Below, piece by piece: positions 37,249-46,075 of a stretch of 64,000 nt of DNA; position 1 is the first letter of the stretch; each line of letters starts with the position of its first letter. Origin of the DNA: an uncultured Gemmatimonadaceae bacterium (lineage in GTDB: Bacteria > Gemmatimonadota > Gemmatimonadetes > Gemmatimonadales > Gemmatimonadaceae). Location: positions 2,276 through 66,275 of the forward strand of contig CAYXRS010000002.1 of NCBI GenBank assembly GCA_964467195.1, given 5' to 3'. Both the position numbers and the translations under genes were made by a program. The notes beneath the pieces are model-generated. The model made no database searches, was not told the DNA's origin, and saw only the letters and a list, made by a program, of their open reading frames with translations.

Positions 37249-37490
37249 GCGGATTTCCTCTGCTGCCTGACGGGGGAATGGGACTGCCGGAGAGATGGCT
37301 GAAGGGCGAGGCAAAAGTGCCGCCTGACACTCGCGCCGTCAAGTCACGATCCGGTGAACGGCGAGTCGCTGCCGTGCAACTTCAAAGGGGAGCAGCAGAA
37401 CACATCCTCGCAAGCCCGAAGAGGTCGGTCCGTAGCTGTCCAACTCGGTGGGCTTCCGCAACGCCGTGTTCACGCTCAAGTTGGCGTCCC

Positions 37491-39515
37491 ATGACGCCTG
37501 CCGGCTCATCGCGCGCCATTGCCATGTGGCTTCTCGCGGCCGCAACCGCATGTTCATCCGGTCGCGCGCCGGATGCCACTCCGGTAGCCGCGAACAACCC
37601 AACTCCCGAAGCTCGTCGAGCGATTCTCGTCAGCTTCGATTCATTCAGCGAGCGCCGAGCGCTGGAGACGCTCAGCGCCGCGCGCGTGCCGGAGATCCAC
37701 GCACTCCTCGCCCAGAGCGCGTGCGCAGACTACGCAATCCCCCACTTCCCCAGCGTCACCGCACCGGGCCACGCGGCGATCTGGACGGGGGCGTACGGAG
37801 ACGTGAACGGGGTAGTCGCTAACACTCAATCACAGCTGCCGCGCGACCGGCACACGATCATGCAGTTGGCCACTGGCTATTCGGCCGAGGCGCTGCGCGC
37901 GGAGCCGATCTGGATAAGCGCTGGGCGCGCTGGTCGGCGAGTGGTAGCGCACCACGTGACGCAGGCGCCGGGCATCCCAGGCTATCAGTCGGTAAGGGGA
38001 GAGCGTGATGGCTCGCTGACCGCGGCTCGTGCGCGGGCCGCCGCCACCCTGGCAATGCCAGCGGTGCACATACTCAACGGCTACAGCTCCGTGGTCGCGC
38101 CGGACACGATCATCACCGAGCGTGAGGCGCCGCCGCGCCATGCCCGGGGTTGGCGCGGCACCGAGCGATTTGCCGGCGGTGTGACGCCGCTGGAGATCGC
38201 CTGGCGCACCGGCGCCGACTCGTTGTTCGCTCTCCTGCACGGGCAGGACCGCTATGACCGTGTGCTAATTGCACTTACGCGGGATGCGACGGGCGGAGTC
38301 ACGGCGCCGCTGGAGCCGCCGGAGCGCGAGTGGCCACGGGGGCGCGCACTGGCGAGACATTTCTCCGAGCCCCTGGAGGTGCGCACCAATTCAGGATCCT
38401 ACTTCGTGTATCTGAGGCTGTTCGAGCTGGCGTCAGATGGGTCTTCATTCATGCTTCTCCAACCCAAGCTCGTCACCGTTCAGTCCAACCGTCCGGAGGT
38501 GGAACGGGCATACGCGACTGCTGTCGGCGGCTGGATCGGGAACGGCGCCACCGAGCTCTACAGGCGCGGCCTGCTGGGACCCACGATAATGGATGGTGGC
38601 GATGGCACGGCGGAGCGGCGCTACCTGGAGAGTCAGGAATTGCTCACGAGGCAGTTCATCAGCGGTTCGGAGTGGAGCTGGAACGCCATGCAGGCCGAAC
38701 TGCTCGCGGACTACTTTCCACTCGGCGACGAGATCGATCACTTGTGGCTGGGGTTGGTGGACCCTCGAACGCCAGCGTACGATCCAGCCATCGGCACGGC
38801 GCTGGCCGAGATGCGGGAGCGCGGCTGGCAGATGCTCGACCTTCGGCTTGGGCATCTTCGCGCACTCGCTGCCGCGACGCCGGGCTCGGCGCTGTTCGTG
38901 ACTGGGGACCACGGCATGCGGAGTACGTGGCGGATCTTTCGCCCAAATGCGGCGCTGCGCGATTCGGGGCTGGTCGTACTGGACACTGCGGGGCGCGTCG
39001 ACCCGACGCGCTCCAGAGCCGCGTCGCCCAACGGCTATTACGTGATGGTGAACCGCGCGGCGTGGAGAAGCGGCACAGTGTCGCCAGCAGGGGAGGCAGA
39101 GGTCGTCGCCGCTGCGGAGCGAGCCCTGTTGGCCGCGCGCTCCCCTGAGGGGACGCCGATCGTGACGCGGATCTTCCGGGCATCCGAAGAGGCAGACTCG
39201 CTCGGCCTCGGCGGACCGGTGGGCGGAGATCTGTACTATGAGACGGCGCCGGGGTACCGGTGGAGCTGGGAGGCCGATGGGCCGGTCAGCGAGGAGAGTG
39301 GGCCCCTCGCGGGACACGGTTTCCCATCAGTCGCTCCGGACATGTACACGGCGTTCTGCGCGTACGGGCCCGGAATATCGGCAAGGCGGATCCCAGGGCT
39401 CCTCGTGATCCACGCCGCGCCTACGGTTTCCGAGTGGCTGGGCATGCCGGCGCCGGCGGACGCACGCGGCCGCTCCGTGCTCAGCTCTCTGCTCGGTCGC
39501 CGTGGCGCGCCGTGA
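37491..39515 (+). CDS. alkaline-phosphatase-superfamily nucleotide pyrophosphatase/phosphodiesterase-like lipoprotein
   Basis: Signal MTPAGSSRAIAMWLLAAATAC (the ATG at 37524 is an alternative start). ILVSFDSFS, FPSVTAPGHAAIWTG (Thr nucleophile context), FVTGDHGM. Confidence 0.7.
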   Translation: MTPAGSSRAIAMWLLAAATACSSGRAPDATPVAANNPTPEARRAILVSFDSFSERRALETLSAARVPEIHALLAQSACADYAIPHFPSVTAPGHAAIWTGAYGDVNGVVANTQSQLPRDRHTIMQLATGYSAEALRAEPIWISAGRAGRRVVAHHVTQAPGIPGYQSVRGERDGSLTAARARAAATLAMPAVHILNGYSSVVAPDTIITEREAPPRHARGWRGTERFAGGVTPLEIAWRTGADSLFALLHGQDRYDRVLIALTRDATGGVTAPLEPPEREWPRGRALARHFSEPLEVRTNSGSYFVYLRLFELASDGSSFMLLQPKLVTVQSNRPEVERAYATAVGGWIGNGATELYRRGLLGPTIMDGGDGTAERRYLESQELLTRQFISGSEWSWNAMQAELLADYFPLGDEIDHLWLGLVDPRTPAYDPAIGTALAEMRERGWQMLDLRLGHLRALAAATPGSALFVTGDHGMRSTWRIFRPNAALRDSGLVVLDTAGRVDPTRSRAASPNGYYVMVNRAAWRSGTVSPAGEAEVVAAAERALLAARSPEGTPIVTRIFRASEEADSLGLGGPVGGDLYYETAPGYRWSWEADGPVSEESGPLAGHGFPSVAPDMYTAFCAYGPGISARRIPGLLVIHAAPTVSEWLGMPAPADARGRSVLSSLLGRRGAP

Positions 39516-39657
39516 CGATGGACTTGATGCCGCCTCTCACGTTGAAGGTTCCCACCACCTCCATCCACTGCGACGTGAACTCATCGCATTCCATGTAGAT
39601 CTCGTAGTCACGAAAAGGATAGGGATTGGAGAAGGACTCGAGGAGGTCGGGACGCAT
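39481..39657 (-). pseudogene. queF: queF (7-cyano-7-deazaguanine reductase) remnant with in-frame internal deletion (58 codons)
   Basis: Below the track length cutoff. Manual translation gives MRPDLLESFSNPYPFRDYEIYMECDEFTSQWMEVVGTFNVRGGIKSIVTARHGDRAES. The N-terminal LLESF.NP...RDY.I....EFTS and C-terminal V.G.F..RGGI resemble QueF hallmarks. The segment with the catalytic Cys and the QueF motif is missing. It overlaps the 3' end of the convergent gene by 35 nt. Confidence 0.45.
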
Positions 39658-39775
39658 CGAAGACGGGGTTCGGGTGCGGGTGTCTTACCGCGTCTCAGCG
39701 GTCAACGCGTTCAAGCCTTCAAGCCGTTTGGGCCGTTTGAGCCGCTTCAGAGGCGAGCACCCAGCACCACCTCGG

Positions 39776-41359
39776 CTACTTCAGTATCTCCTCCGCCCTC
39801 GCGAACGCCTTCACCGCCGCGTCGATTTCGGTGTCGCCCACTGCGGCCACCCTGTACAGCCCCGGCTCTCCCCACTTGGCCTCGGCGATCCAGTGGATCA
39901 GGGCGCGCTCCAGTCTGGCCGAGCTCTCGCCGTCGGTCGGGATCTCCACACGTTCTCCCGAGGCGAAGCTCCTGAAATTCGCCAGCGACGCCGGCGGGAG
40001 CTTCATGCTCGCGGCCAAAGCGTCCGGCGTGGTGAACGTCGACGCGTTGTCGCTCAGGTAGCCGCCCACCCACCTCATGAACAGCTGCTGTTCGGCCGCA
40101 CGTGCCATCCAGAGCGGATTGGGATCAGGCTCCTCGACGCGCACATCCGGATAGATGCCGCCGCCCCCGTACACCGTGCGTCCACCAATGGTCTTGCAGG
40201 TGGGCCGCCCAACCGTGTCGCGCTCGGCGCGGGCGAGACGATAGTAGTCGCGCGGCCGGACGCCACGATATTGCCGCTGCACGACTCGACCGCACGGCGT
40301 CATCACGTGGCCTATCGTCATGACGAAGATCGAGCCATCGGGAAGGGGGAAGGCGCGCATGAGCAGCGCCTTGCCGAAGCTCGGCCGCCCGACGATCAGC
40401 GCACGATCATGATCCTGGAGCGCGCCGGCCACCAGCTCCGATGCGCTGGCCGATCCTGAGTTGATCATCACGACCATTGGATACTTCTTCTGTCCCGACG
40501 AGAGGAACGAACGCCGCACGCGCCCGGTGTCGGCGACGTCCGACTTACGGCCGGCCGACATGTAAATGGTCGCTCCGTTCGGCAGGAACGCTCCGGCGAT
40601 CTGCGCCGCTTCATCGACGCTGCCGCCGCCATTGTCGCGGAGGTCGAGCACGAGCCGCTGCATCCCCTGGCGTTCCAGAGTGCCGAGCGCCTTGCGAACG
40701 TCGTCGCTCACCTTCGTGCCCATGAACGTGGTGATGCGCACGTAGCCCGTTTCGGCATCGAGCATGAATGCGGCAGGTACGGCGGTTTCCTCGCCCACCC
40801 GCTCGCGCCGCACGTCGCGCTCGAGCTCCACGTACGAGCCATCCACGCGACGGCGAGCGAAGGTCAGCATCACTCTGCTGTTCCTGCGACCTGCGAGCAC
40901 CACCTCCAGCTCGAGGATGCTTTCGGCGACCACCGGCTGCCCGTCGATGGCTATCAGCTCATCACCGCGCAGAATGTCCGCCTTCGCCGCCGAGGAGCCT
41001 CGCGGGACGCTCACCACCACGGGCGAGCCCCCGAAGAATGCGAAGTCGATAGGCACCGGGTGCAGGCGTCCGGCCCTCCACTCTTTCTCCTTGTCCGCGT
41101 TCAACCGCGCCGACGGGATCAGATAGGAATGCGGATCCACGGAGGCGATCATGCCGCGAATTCCCGCCAGCACCATCGCGTGGCTGTCCATGGAATCCGG
41201 GTGATTCACGCGAATCTGGTTGAAGACACCCGTGAACATCTGCAAATCCTCATACGTGGAGCGCTGGCGCACGGCGCGCTCCTGCGCGTCGAGCGGCGGC
41301 GCCCATACCATGAGCGCGAGAACGCCCGCGGCTGTCGAAAACCACCATCTGGGCGTCAC
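39776..41359 (-). CDS. S41-family C-terminal processing (tail-specific) peptidase
   Basis: PDZ segment (ILRGDELIAIDGQPV) and catalytic region MINSGSASASELVAGALQDHDRALIVGRPSFGKAL. Confidence 0.85.
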   Translation of the reverse strand: MTPRWWFSTAAGVLALMVWAPPLDAQERAVRQRSTYEDLQMFTGVFNQIRVNHPDSMDSHAMVLAGIRGMIASVDPHSYLIPSARLNADKEKEWRAGRLHPVPIDFAFFGGSPVVVSVPRGSSAAKADILRGDELIAIDGQPVVAESILELEVVLAGRRNSRVMLTFARRRVDGSYVELERDVRRERVGEETAVPAAFMLDAETGYVRITTFMGTKVSDDVRKALGTLERQGMQRLVLDLRDNGGGSVDEAAQIAGAFLPNGATIYMSAGRKSDVADTGRVRRSFLSSGQKKYPMVVMINSGSASASELVAGALQDHDRALIVGRPSFGKALLMRAFPLPDGSIFVMTIGHVMTPCGRVVQRQYRGVRPRDYYRLARAERDTVGRPTCKTIGGRTVYGGGGIYPDVRVEEPDPNPLWMARAAEQQLFMRWVGGYLSDNASTFTTPDALAASMKLPPASLANFRSFASGERVEIPTDGESSARLERALIHWIAEAKWGEPGLYRVAAVGDTEIDAAVKAFARAEEILK

Positions 41360-42537
41360 TCTCCACCCCCATCCGCAACGGCGCGAAGCGCCACCATGCG
41401 GCGACGCGCCAGTGTGATCTCGCGCGTACGCGTGCGCGGAGCGCGCTCGACGAACTGGCCATAGACCGCGATCGCGTCGGCGGCCTTGGCCTGACGGTCC
41501 AGCGAGCGAGCCAGCTCGTAGTATGCGGTGGCGAAGTATGGCTCGAACTCGACGGCTTTTCGGAGATGCTCCTCCGCTTCATCGGCGCGGCCGGCATCTA
41601 TCAAAGCGGCACCGTAGGCGGCGCGCAGCACCGCGTCCTCGGCTCTCAGGTCCACCGCCAGCGCATAGGCGTCGACCGCCACCTGCGTGTCGCGCTGAAT
41701 CCGCGCGATCTCGCCGAGCCGAGCGTGGGACATATAGAAGGACAAATCCTCCACGAGCGCCCGTCCGTACGCTTCGCGCGCCTCATCCAGCCTTCCATTG
41801 ACCGCGTAGATATGCCCGATCCGGTACTCCATCAGTGCCTTGGACTCGTACCAGAAGACGATCTTCTTTTCATCCTTCTGCCGCATCTCGTCGAGCAGCA
41901 GCCCAAAATGGTGAGCGGCGCTGTCGCTCTGTCCCATGTGGAAATGCGCGCGCGCAAGATACAGCCGTCCGGCATTCTGGTCGCGTCGGCGACGCTGAAC
42001 CACCTGGCGGAAGTTTTGAATCGCCGGGCCCATCTCGCCTCTGGAGTAGTGAATCCAGCCGCGCATGAACGGGTCATTGCTCGTCCAGTCGATCCGGTGA
42101 CCCATGCTGATCACCGCCTGCTCCTCGATCCGCAGGTCGAGAGCCCGGTGAAGGAGGGGGTTCAGCATGAACGCACGATAGATCAGGCTGTCGTTTCGGA
42201 CGATCTCCTTGTCATTCGCGACTATAGGATCGGCGAACACGTAGCGAATGAAGCGCGTCGTGTTGCTCATCCAGAATGAGGCCCACAGTCCGTACATGGC
42301 CTCGGCGTGGTGCGGGTTGAGGCGGGTGGCCCAGTAGAAAGCGTCCCCGGCATCCCGGGAGCGGGTGCTGAAGTTGAGGAGACCGAAGGTATAATAGGCC
42401 TCCGCGTCGTTAGTGTCGGCCGCGGCTGAGAGCGCAGGTCGCGGCCGATCAGTGCTGCGCGGGCGCTGCGCGTTCGCGTCCGCCACGACGACTGATGTGG
42501 AGACGGCGAGCAGAAGCATGACCAGGGGGCGGCCCAT
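41356..42537 (-). CDS. secreted TPR-repeat protein
   Basis: Internal ATG 42537 (MGRPLVMLLLAVSTSVVVADANAQ). Repeated A..Y..LG / A...Y..A TPR helices. The stop overlaps the S41 start by 4 nt. Confidence 0.75.
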   Translation of the reverse strand: MGRPLVMLLLAVSTSVVVADANAQRPRSTDRPRPALSAAADTNDAEAYYTFGLLNFSTRSRDAGDAFYWATRLNPHHAEAMYGLWASFWMSNTTRFIRYVFADPIVANDKEIVRNDSLIYRAFMLNPLLHRALDLRIEEQAVISMGHRIDWTSNDPFMRGWIHYSRGEMGPAIQNFRQVVQRRRRDQNAGRLYLARAHFHMGQSDSAAHHFGLLLDEMRQKDEKKIVFWYESKALMEYRIGHIYAVNGRLDEAREAYGRALVEDLSFYMSHARLGEIARIQRDTQVAVDAYALAVDLRAEDAVLRAAYGAALIDAGRADEAEEHLRKAVEFEPYFATAYYELARSLDRQAKAADAIAVYGQFVERAPRTRTREITLARRRMVALRAVADGGGE

Positions 42538-42783
42538 GACAGACTCCTTTCGCGTTGGTCTGTGGGGCGCGGGGGTGTGCGCCACTCCAGACGTGCATTC
42601 CCAGAGGATGGGGAGGACGGCAGCGCGTTCCGAGGCGTACCGCTGAGGCGGCGCGTCGGTGCCCGGCCCCACAATAAGAAACGAAGCGGAAACAGGCCAG
42701 TAACAGGAACCACGGAAAGTGGAGGGCACGATACCTGCAGCCCGTGGTAGTCGTCTGTACCGCGAAGTACCTTTGTAAAGGCA

Positions 42784-42810
42784 GAAAAACGCCAGCGCTC
42801 TTGCGCTGGC
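42784..42810 (-). terminator. intrinsic terminator downstream of the rhomboid gene
   Basis: Minus strand reads GCCAGCGC-AAGA-GCGCTGGC followed by GTTTTTCTGCC. Confidence 0.6.
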
Positions 42811-42843
42811 ATCTGCCGCCGCGAGAACGGCGCGGCGGTTACC

Positions 42844-42867
42844 GCCCCCCGGGATTCCCCGGGGGGC
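42844..42867. terminator. perfect 10-bp G/C hairpin immediately after the rhomboid stop
   Basis: GCCCCCCGGG-ATTC-CCCGGGGGGC. No U-tract. It may act together with the 42784-42810 terminator. Confidence 0.4.
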
Positions 42868-42885
42868 TCTCTCCTTACGGTGTGC

Positions 42886-43800
42886 CTAGCTTCTCCTCAG
42901 GCGCTTGGAGTACTCCTCCAGCAGCCGCCGCTCCTCTCCCGTCAGACTCTCGATTCCCTGTCGGCTGATCTTATCGAGGACCGGATCTATGGCTTCGAGG
43001 CTGGGCGGAGTAACGGTCGCCGTGCGGCGGTCATCGCGGGGGCGCTGGCGCGACGCAATGGCGTTGCTCCGCGCGACCACTTCGTCCACTTCGCTCAGGC
43101 GCTCGCGGGGACGCGACTGACTGCGCGGGATGGGGCGCGGGGGATCGTCACTCAGGTCGGGCGCGGCTGCGACGCGATGCCGCAGACGATCGGACGAAGG
43201 CATCGCCGTCCAGCGCAGGTAGAGCCACGCCACAGCAAACCCGCCCAGATGAGCGAAGTAGGCGACGCCGGATCCGGCTGCCGCGGAACCCACGCCGGCC
43301 GCCAGGTTGAACCCGGCGAGCAGCAGCACCAGCCACTTCATCTTCAGCCGCAGGAAGACGAAGGGGAAGATCACGATCTCGTCGTCCGGCCAGCGCATCG
43401 CGTACGCGAGCATCACGCCGAAGATTGCTCCCGACGCCCCAATAAGGACGCCCTCGCGCGCGAAGAGCAGATGGAACAGCCACCCGCCCAGCCCGCACAG
43501 CACGTAGAAGAACGCGAACCGGCCGCTGCTCCAGCTATGCTCGATCCGCGGACCGAACAGCCAGAGCATGTACATGTTCACGGCGATGTGCAAAAAGCTG
43601 CCGTGCGCAAACATGTAAGTCACGATCGTCCACGGCTGCTCGGTGAGATCGGTGAGCTTGAAGCCGAGCGCCGCCCACATGTCGACGTCGCGGACGATCG
43701 TGAGCTGCAGGAAGTAGATCGCCACATTCAGCGCGATCAACCACTGCACCGCCGGAGTGATGCGCGGATAGTCCTGCTCGTCGGAGATGCTGAAAGCCAT
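42886..43800 (-). CDS. rhomboid-family intramembrane serine protease with about 100-aa cytoplasmic C-terminal extension
   Basis: HGSFLHIAVNMYMLWLFG, catalytic GASGAIFG, and AHLGGFAVAW. The tail ends ...IDPVLDKISRQGIESLTGEERRLLEEYSKRL. Confidence 0.85.
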   Translation of the reverse strand: MAFSISDEQDYPRITPAVQWLIALNVAIYFLQLTIVRDVDMWAALGFKLTDLTEQPWTIVTYMFAHGSFLHIAVNMYMLWLFGPRIEHSWSSGRFAFFYVLCGLGGWLFHLLFAREGVLIGASGAIFGVMLAYAMRWPDDEIVIFPFVFLRLKMKWLVLLLAGFNLAAGVGSAAAGSGVAYFAHLGGFAVAWLYLRWTAMPSSDRLRHRVAAAPDLSDDPPRPIPRSQSRPRERLSEVDEVVARSNAIASRQRPRDDRRTATVTPPSLEAIDPVLDKISRQGIESLTGEERRLLEEYSKRLRRS

Positions 43801-43878
43801 GTGGTCCTGCCGTTAAACGTACGCCGCCTGGAAGTAGAACACGGGCCGCCCGTCCCGGTTCCCGCCTTTGGTGCTCGG

Positions 43879-44541
43879 TCAGCGCAGGCCGAGCGGAACG
43901 GGGAGACGGGCCAGGAGCCGCACGTCGCGGGAGATCGAAGCGGCCTCCTCCATGAGTGCGGCGTACCGGGCGTCCGGCGGGGCCGGCTCGGAGGGGGACG
44001 AGACGTGAATAACAATCTTCGTGCCGGGCGCAATCCCATTGGCCTGTTCGAGCAGCCGCAGCACCTGAGCATCCGTGGTCCGGTCGGTCATCACGACAGC
44101 CAGCGCCGCGCCGATCCCCTCGCGCTCGGCCACGGCAAGGGTCTCCAGCGCCCGATCGGTAGCCGCAGTGGACTCGCTTCCCGCAAGCGCGACCTGCACC
44201 AGTGTAATGGAACGTGCCAACATCGGTATGGCATCGGGCCGCTGACCATCGCAATCTACCACTACCGGGACGCCCGGCGTGTCACCCTCGAATGCCTCGG
44301 CAAACAGCGCCGCGCTGGCCAAAGGGTCGTGCCCGCCCATTGCCACCGAGTGCACGGCCGATTGCGATAACGCCCTCTCGACGTTGCGCAGAAGCATCGA
44401 TCCGTTGTACAGAGTCGCCGTCTCCGCCTCGCCCGCAAAGCGGACGATGAGCTGCCGATAACCCGTATAGATTCCCTGCCCCTGGACGCCCGAGCGAATC
44501 CAGGCAATCGCCGCTGTCGGGCCCGTTACTCGCGTACTCAC
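43879..44541 (-). CDS. QueE-like (7-carboxy-7-deazaguanine synthase-like) protein lacking the radical-SAM CxxxCxxC cluster motif
   Basis: GTG start overlapping the ddl stop (GTGA). SGVQGQGIYTGYRQLIVRFAGEAETATLYNG resembles the QueE pattern [IV]QGEG...G....F[VI]R..GC...C..C but has no Cys. SVAMGGHDP resembles the GG(E/N)P motif. The family call comes from pattern recognition only. Confidence 0.4.
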   Translation of the reverse strand: MSTRVTGPTAAIAWIRSGVQGQGIYTGYRQLIVRFAGEAETATLYNGSMLLRNVERALSQSAVHSVAMGGHDPLASAALFAEAFEGDTPGVPVVVDCDGQRPDAIPMLARSITLVQVALAGSESTAATDRALETLAVAEREGIGAALAVVMTDRTTDAQVLRLLEQANGIAPGTKIVIHVSSPSEPAPPDARYAALMEEAASISRDVRLLARLPVPLGLR

Positions 44542-45554
44542 GCCGCCCCCCTCTCATCCAGCGCCAGCTGGACGATCCTTTCACACAGCTCGGGGAAATC
44601 CATCCCGGCCGCCGCGGCCGCCTGGGGCACCAGGCTCAGGTCGGTCATCCCCGGCAACGTATTTGCCTCGAGGCAGTGAAGCTCACCGCTCTCGTTCATC
44701 CGAAAATCCACTCGCGCGCAGCCGGAAAGCTTGAGCGCCCTGAATGCCACCAGCGCCAGCCGCTGCAACTCTGTGCTCAGCGCCTCATCGAGGTCCGCGG
44801 GGAACTTCTCCACTGCCATCCCCTGCGTGTACTTGCACTCGTAATCGTATATGTCGTGCTTCGGAAAAATCTCACCCACTGGAAGAGCCTGAGCGCCCAG
44901 CACAGCCACGGTCAGTTCCCTGCCAGGGATGAACCGCTCGATCATGACTTCGTCGTCGTAGCGGAACGCCTCTTCGACCGCAGTTTCCAGCCCAGAAGCT
45001 TCTCGCACCACCGTGAGCCCCACAGTGGAGCCCTGCTTTGACGGCTTGACGACCGCCGGATAGCCCACCCGCTCCGAGATGTCGCGCTCACTGGCCGGCG
45101 CCATCAGCCAGTCGGGCGTGGTCACTCCCGCGAGACGGAAAAGCCGCTTCGTCAGATCCTTGTCCATCGCCAGCGCGCTCGCAAGGTGGCCGCTGCCGGT
45201 GTACCGCACCTTGATCATGTCAAGCAGGGCCTGAACCGTTCCGTCCTCTCCCTGGCCGCCGTGCAGCGCCAGGAAGACGACTTCGGCATCACGGATGGCA
45301 ACGTGCCCGGCAAACGATGGTGAGAGCACCCCCTGGCTCATCTTGCTGAGCTCCTCGAGCGATGGTGGGACGGTCTTCACCACACCGGCGGCCAGCAACT
45401 CCTCTTCCATTCGCCCGTCGATCACGCCTATGGCGGGGTCGAGGGAGACCACCTCATGGCCTCGCGATCGAAGTGCCTGCACGATACGCAGCCCCGATGC
45501 CAGCGACACGTCGCGCTCCGCGGAGGTTCCACCCATCAGGACCGTAATTCTCAT
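44538..45554 (-). CDS. ddl: D-alanine--D-alanine ligase
   Basis: Internal ATG 45554. MRITVLMGGTSAERDVSLASG..., FLALHGGQGEDGTVQALLD, ATP-grasp core, LEANTLPGMT. Confidence 0.9.
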   Translation of the reverse strand: MRITVLMGGTSAERDVSLASGLRIVQALRSRGHEVVSLDPAIGVIDGRMEEELLAAGVVKTVPPSLEELSKMSQGVLSPSFAGHVAIRDAEVVFLALHGGQGEDGTVQALLDMIKVRYTGSGHLASALAMDKDLTKRLFRLAGVTTPDWLMAPASERDISERVGYPAVVKPSKQGSTVGLTVVREASGLETAVEEAFRYDDEVMIERFIPGRELTVAVLGAQALPVGEIFPKHDIYDYECKYTQGMAVEKFPADLDEALSTELQRLALVAFRALKLSGCARVDFRMNESGELHCLEANTLPGMTDLSLVPQAAAAAGMDFPELCERIVQLALDERGAA

Positions 45555-45625
45555 CCGTCGGAACAATGGCCAGCGCCGCCGCGCGGGGCAATGGCAACCG
45601 CTCGCACCGGATGTAGATTTCTGCC

Positions 45626-46075
45626 ATGTGCTCCCCCCGCCGCCTCGCCTGCCTTGCCGTTCTCGTGGCCGGCACCGCGTGCATCGACCAGGATATGGCG
45701 CAGAAGGCAATCGAGGCAGTCCAGCTGGAGACGGGGCGCCCGGATGAGCTGCCGGCCATGCACGCCGACAACGAAGCCTTCCGGTACCCGCCTGGACTGT
45801 ACGAGCAGCGGGTGCAGGGAAACGTCACCCTGCGCATCCACATCGACAGTCTGGGGCATGTCGTGGCGGACTCCACGGTGATTGTCGAGTCCTCCGGATA
45901 TGCGTCGCTCGATTCCGCCGCCGTGGCCGGAAGCGGGCGAGTGATGTTCGAGCCAGCAAAGCTGAGGGGCAAGCCGACGGGAATGTCCATCCTGCTGCCA
46001 GTTTACTTCCGTCACCCTGAAGCCCAGCCGCTCCCCGGCGACACGATCCTCCAGCAGAGTAATTCTCCTCGCTGA
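45626..46075 (+). CDS. lipoprotein with TonB C-terminal (energy-transducer) domain
   Basis: Lipobox LVAGTAC. YPPGLYEQRVQGNVTLRIHIDSLGHVV...SSGYASLDSAAV...FEPAKLRGKP. Confidence 0.7.
   Translation: MCSPRRLACLAVLVAGTACIDQDMAQKAIEAVQLETGRPDELPAMHADNEAFRYPPGLYEQRVQGNVTLRIHIDSLGHVVADSTVIVESSGYASLDSAAVAGSGRVMFEPAKLRGKPTGMSILLPVYFRHPEAQPLPGDTILQQSNSPR

Noticed and set aside
37249-37490. Cobalamin riboswitch in the leader of the TonB-dependent receptor
   Set aside because: I read the minus-strand leader and found no B12-box (AGYCMGGAGACCKGCC-like) and no GCCACTG core. I see only a possible promoter and a GAGGAAA RBS.
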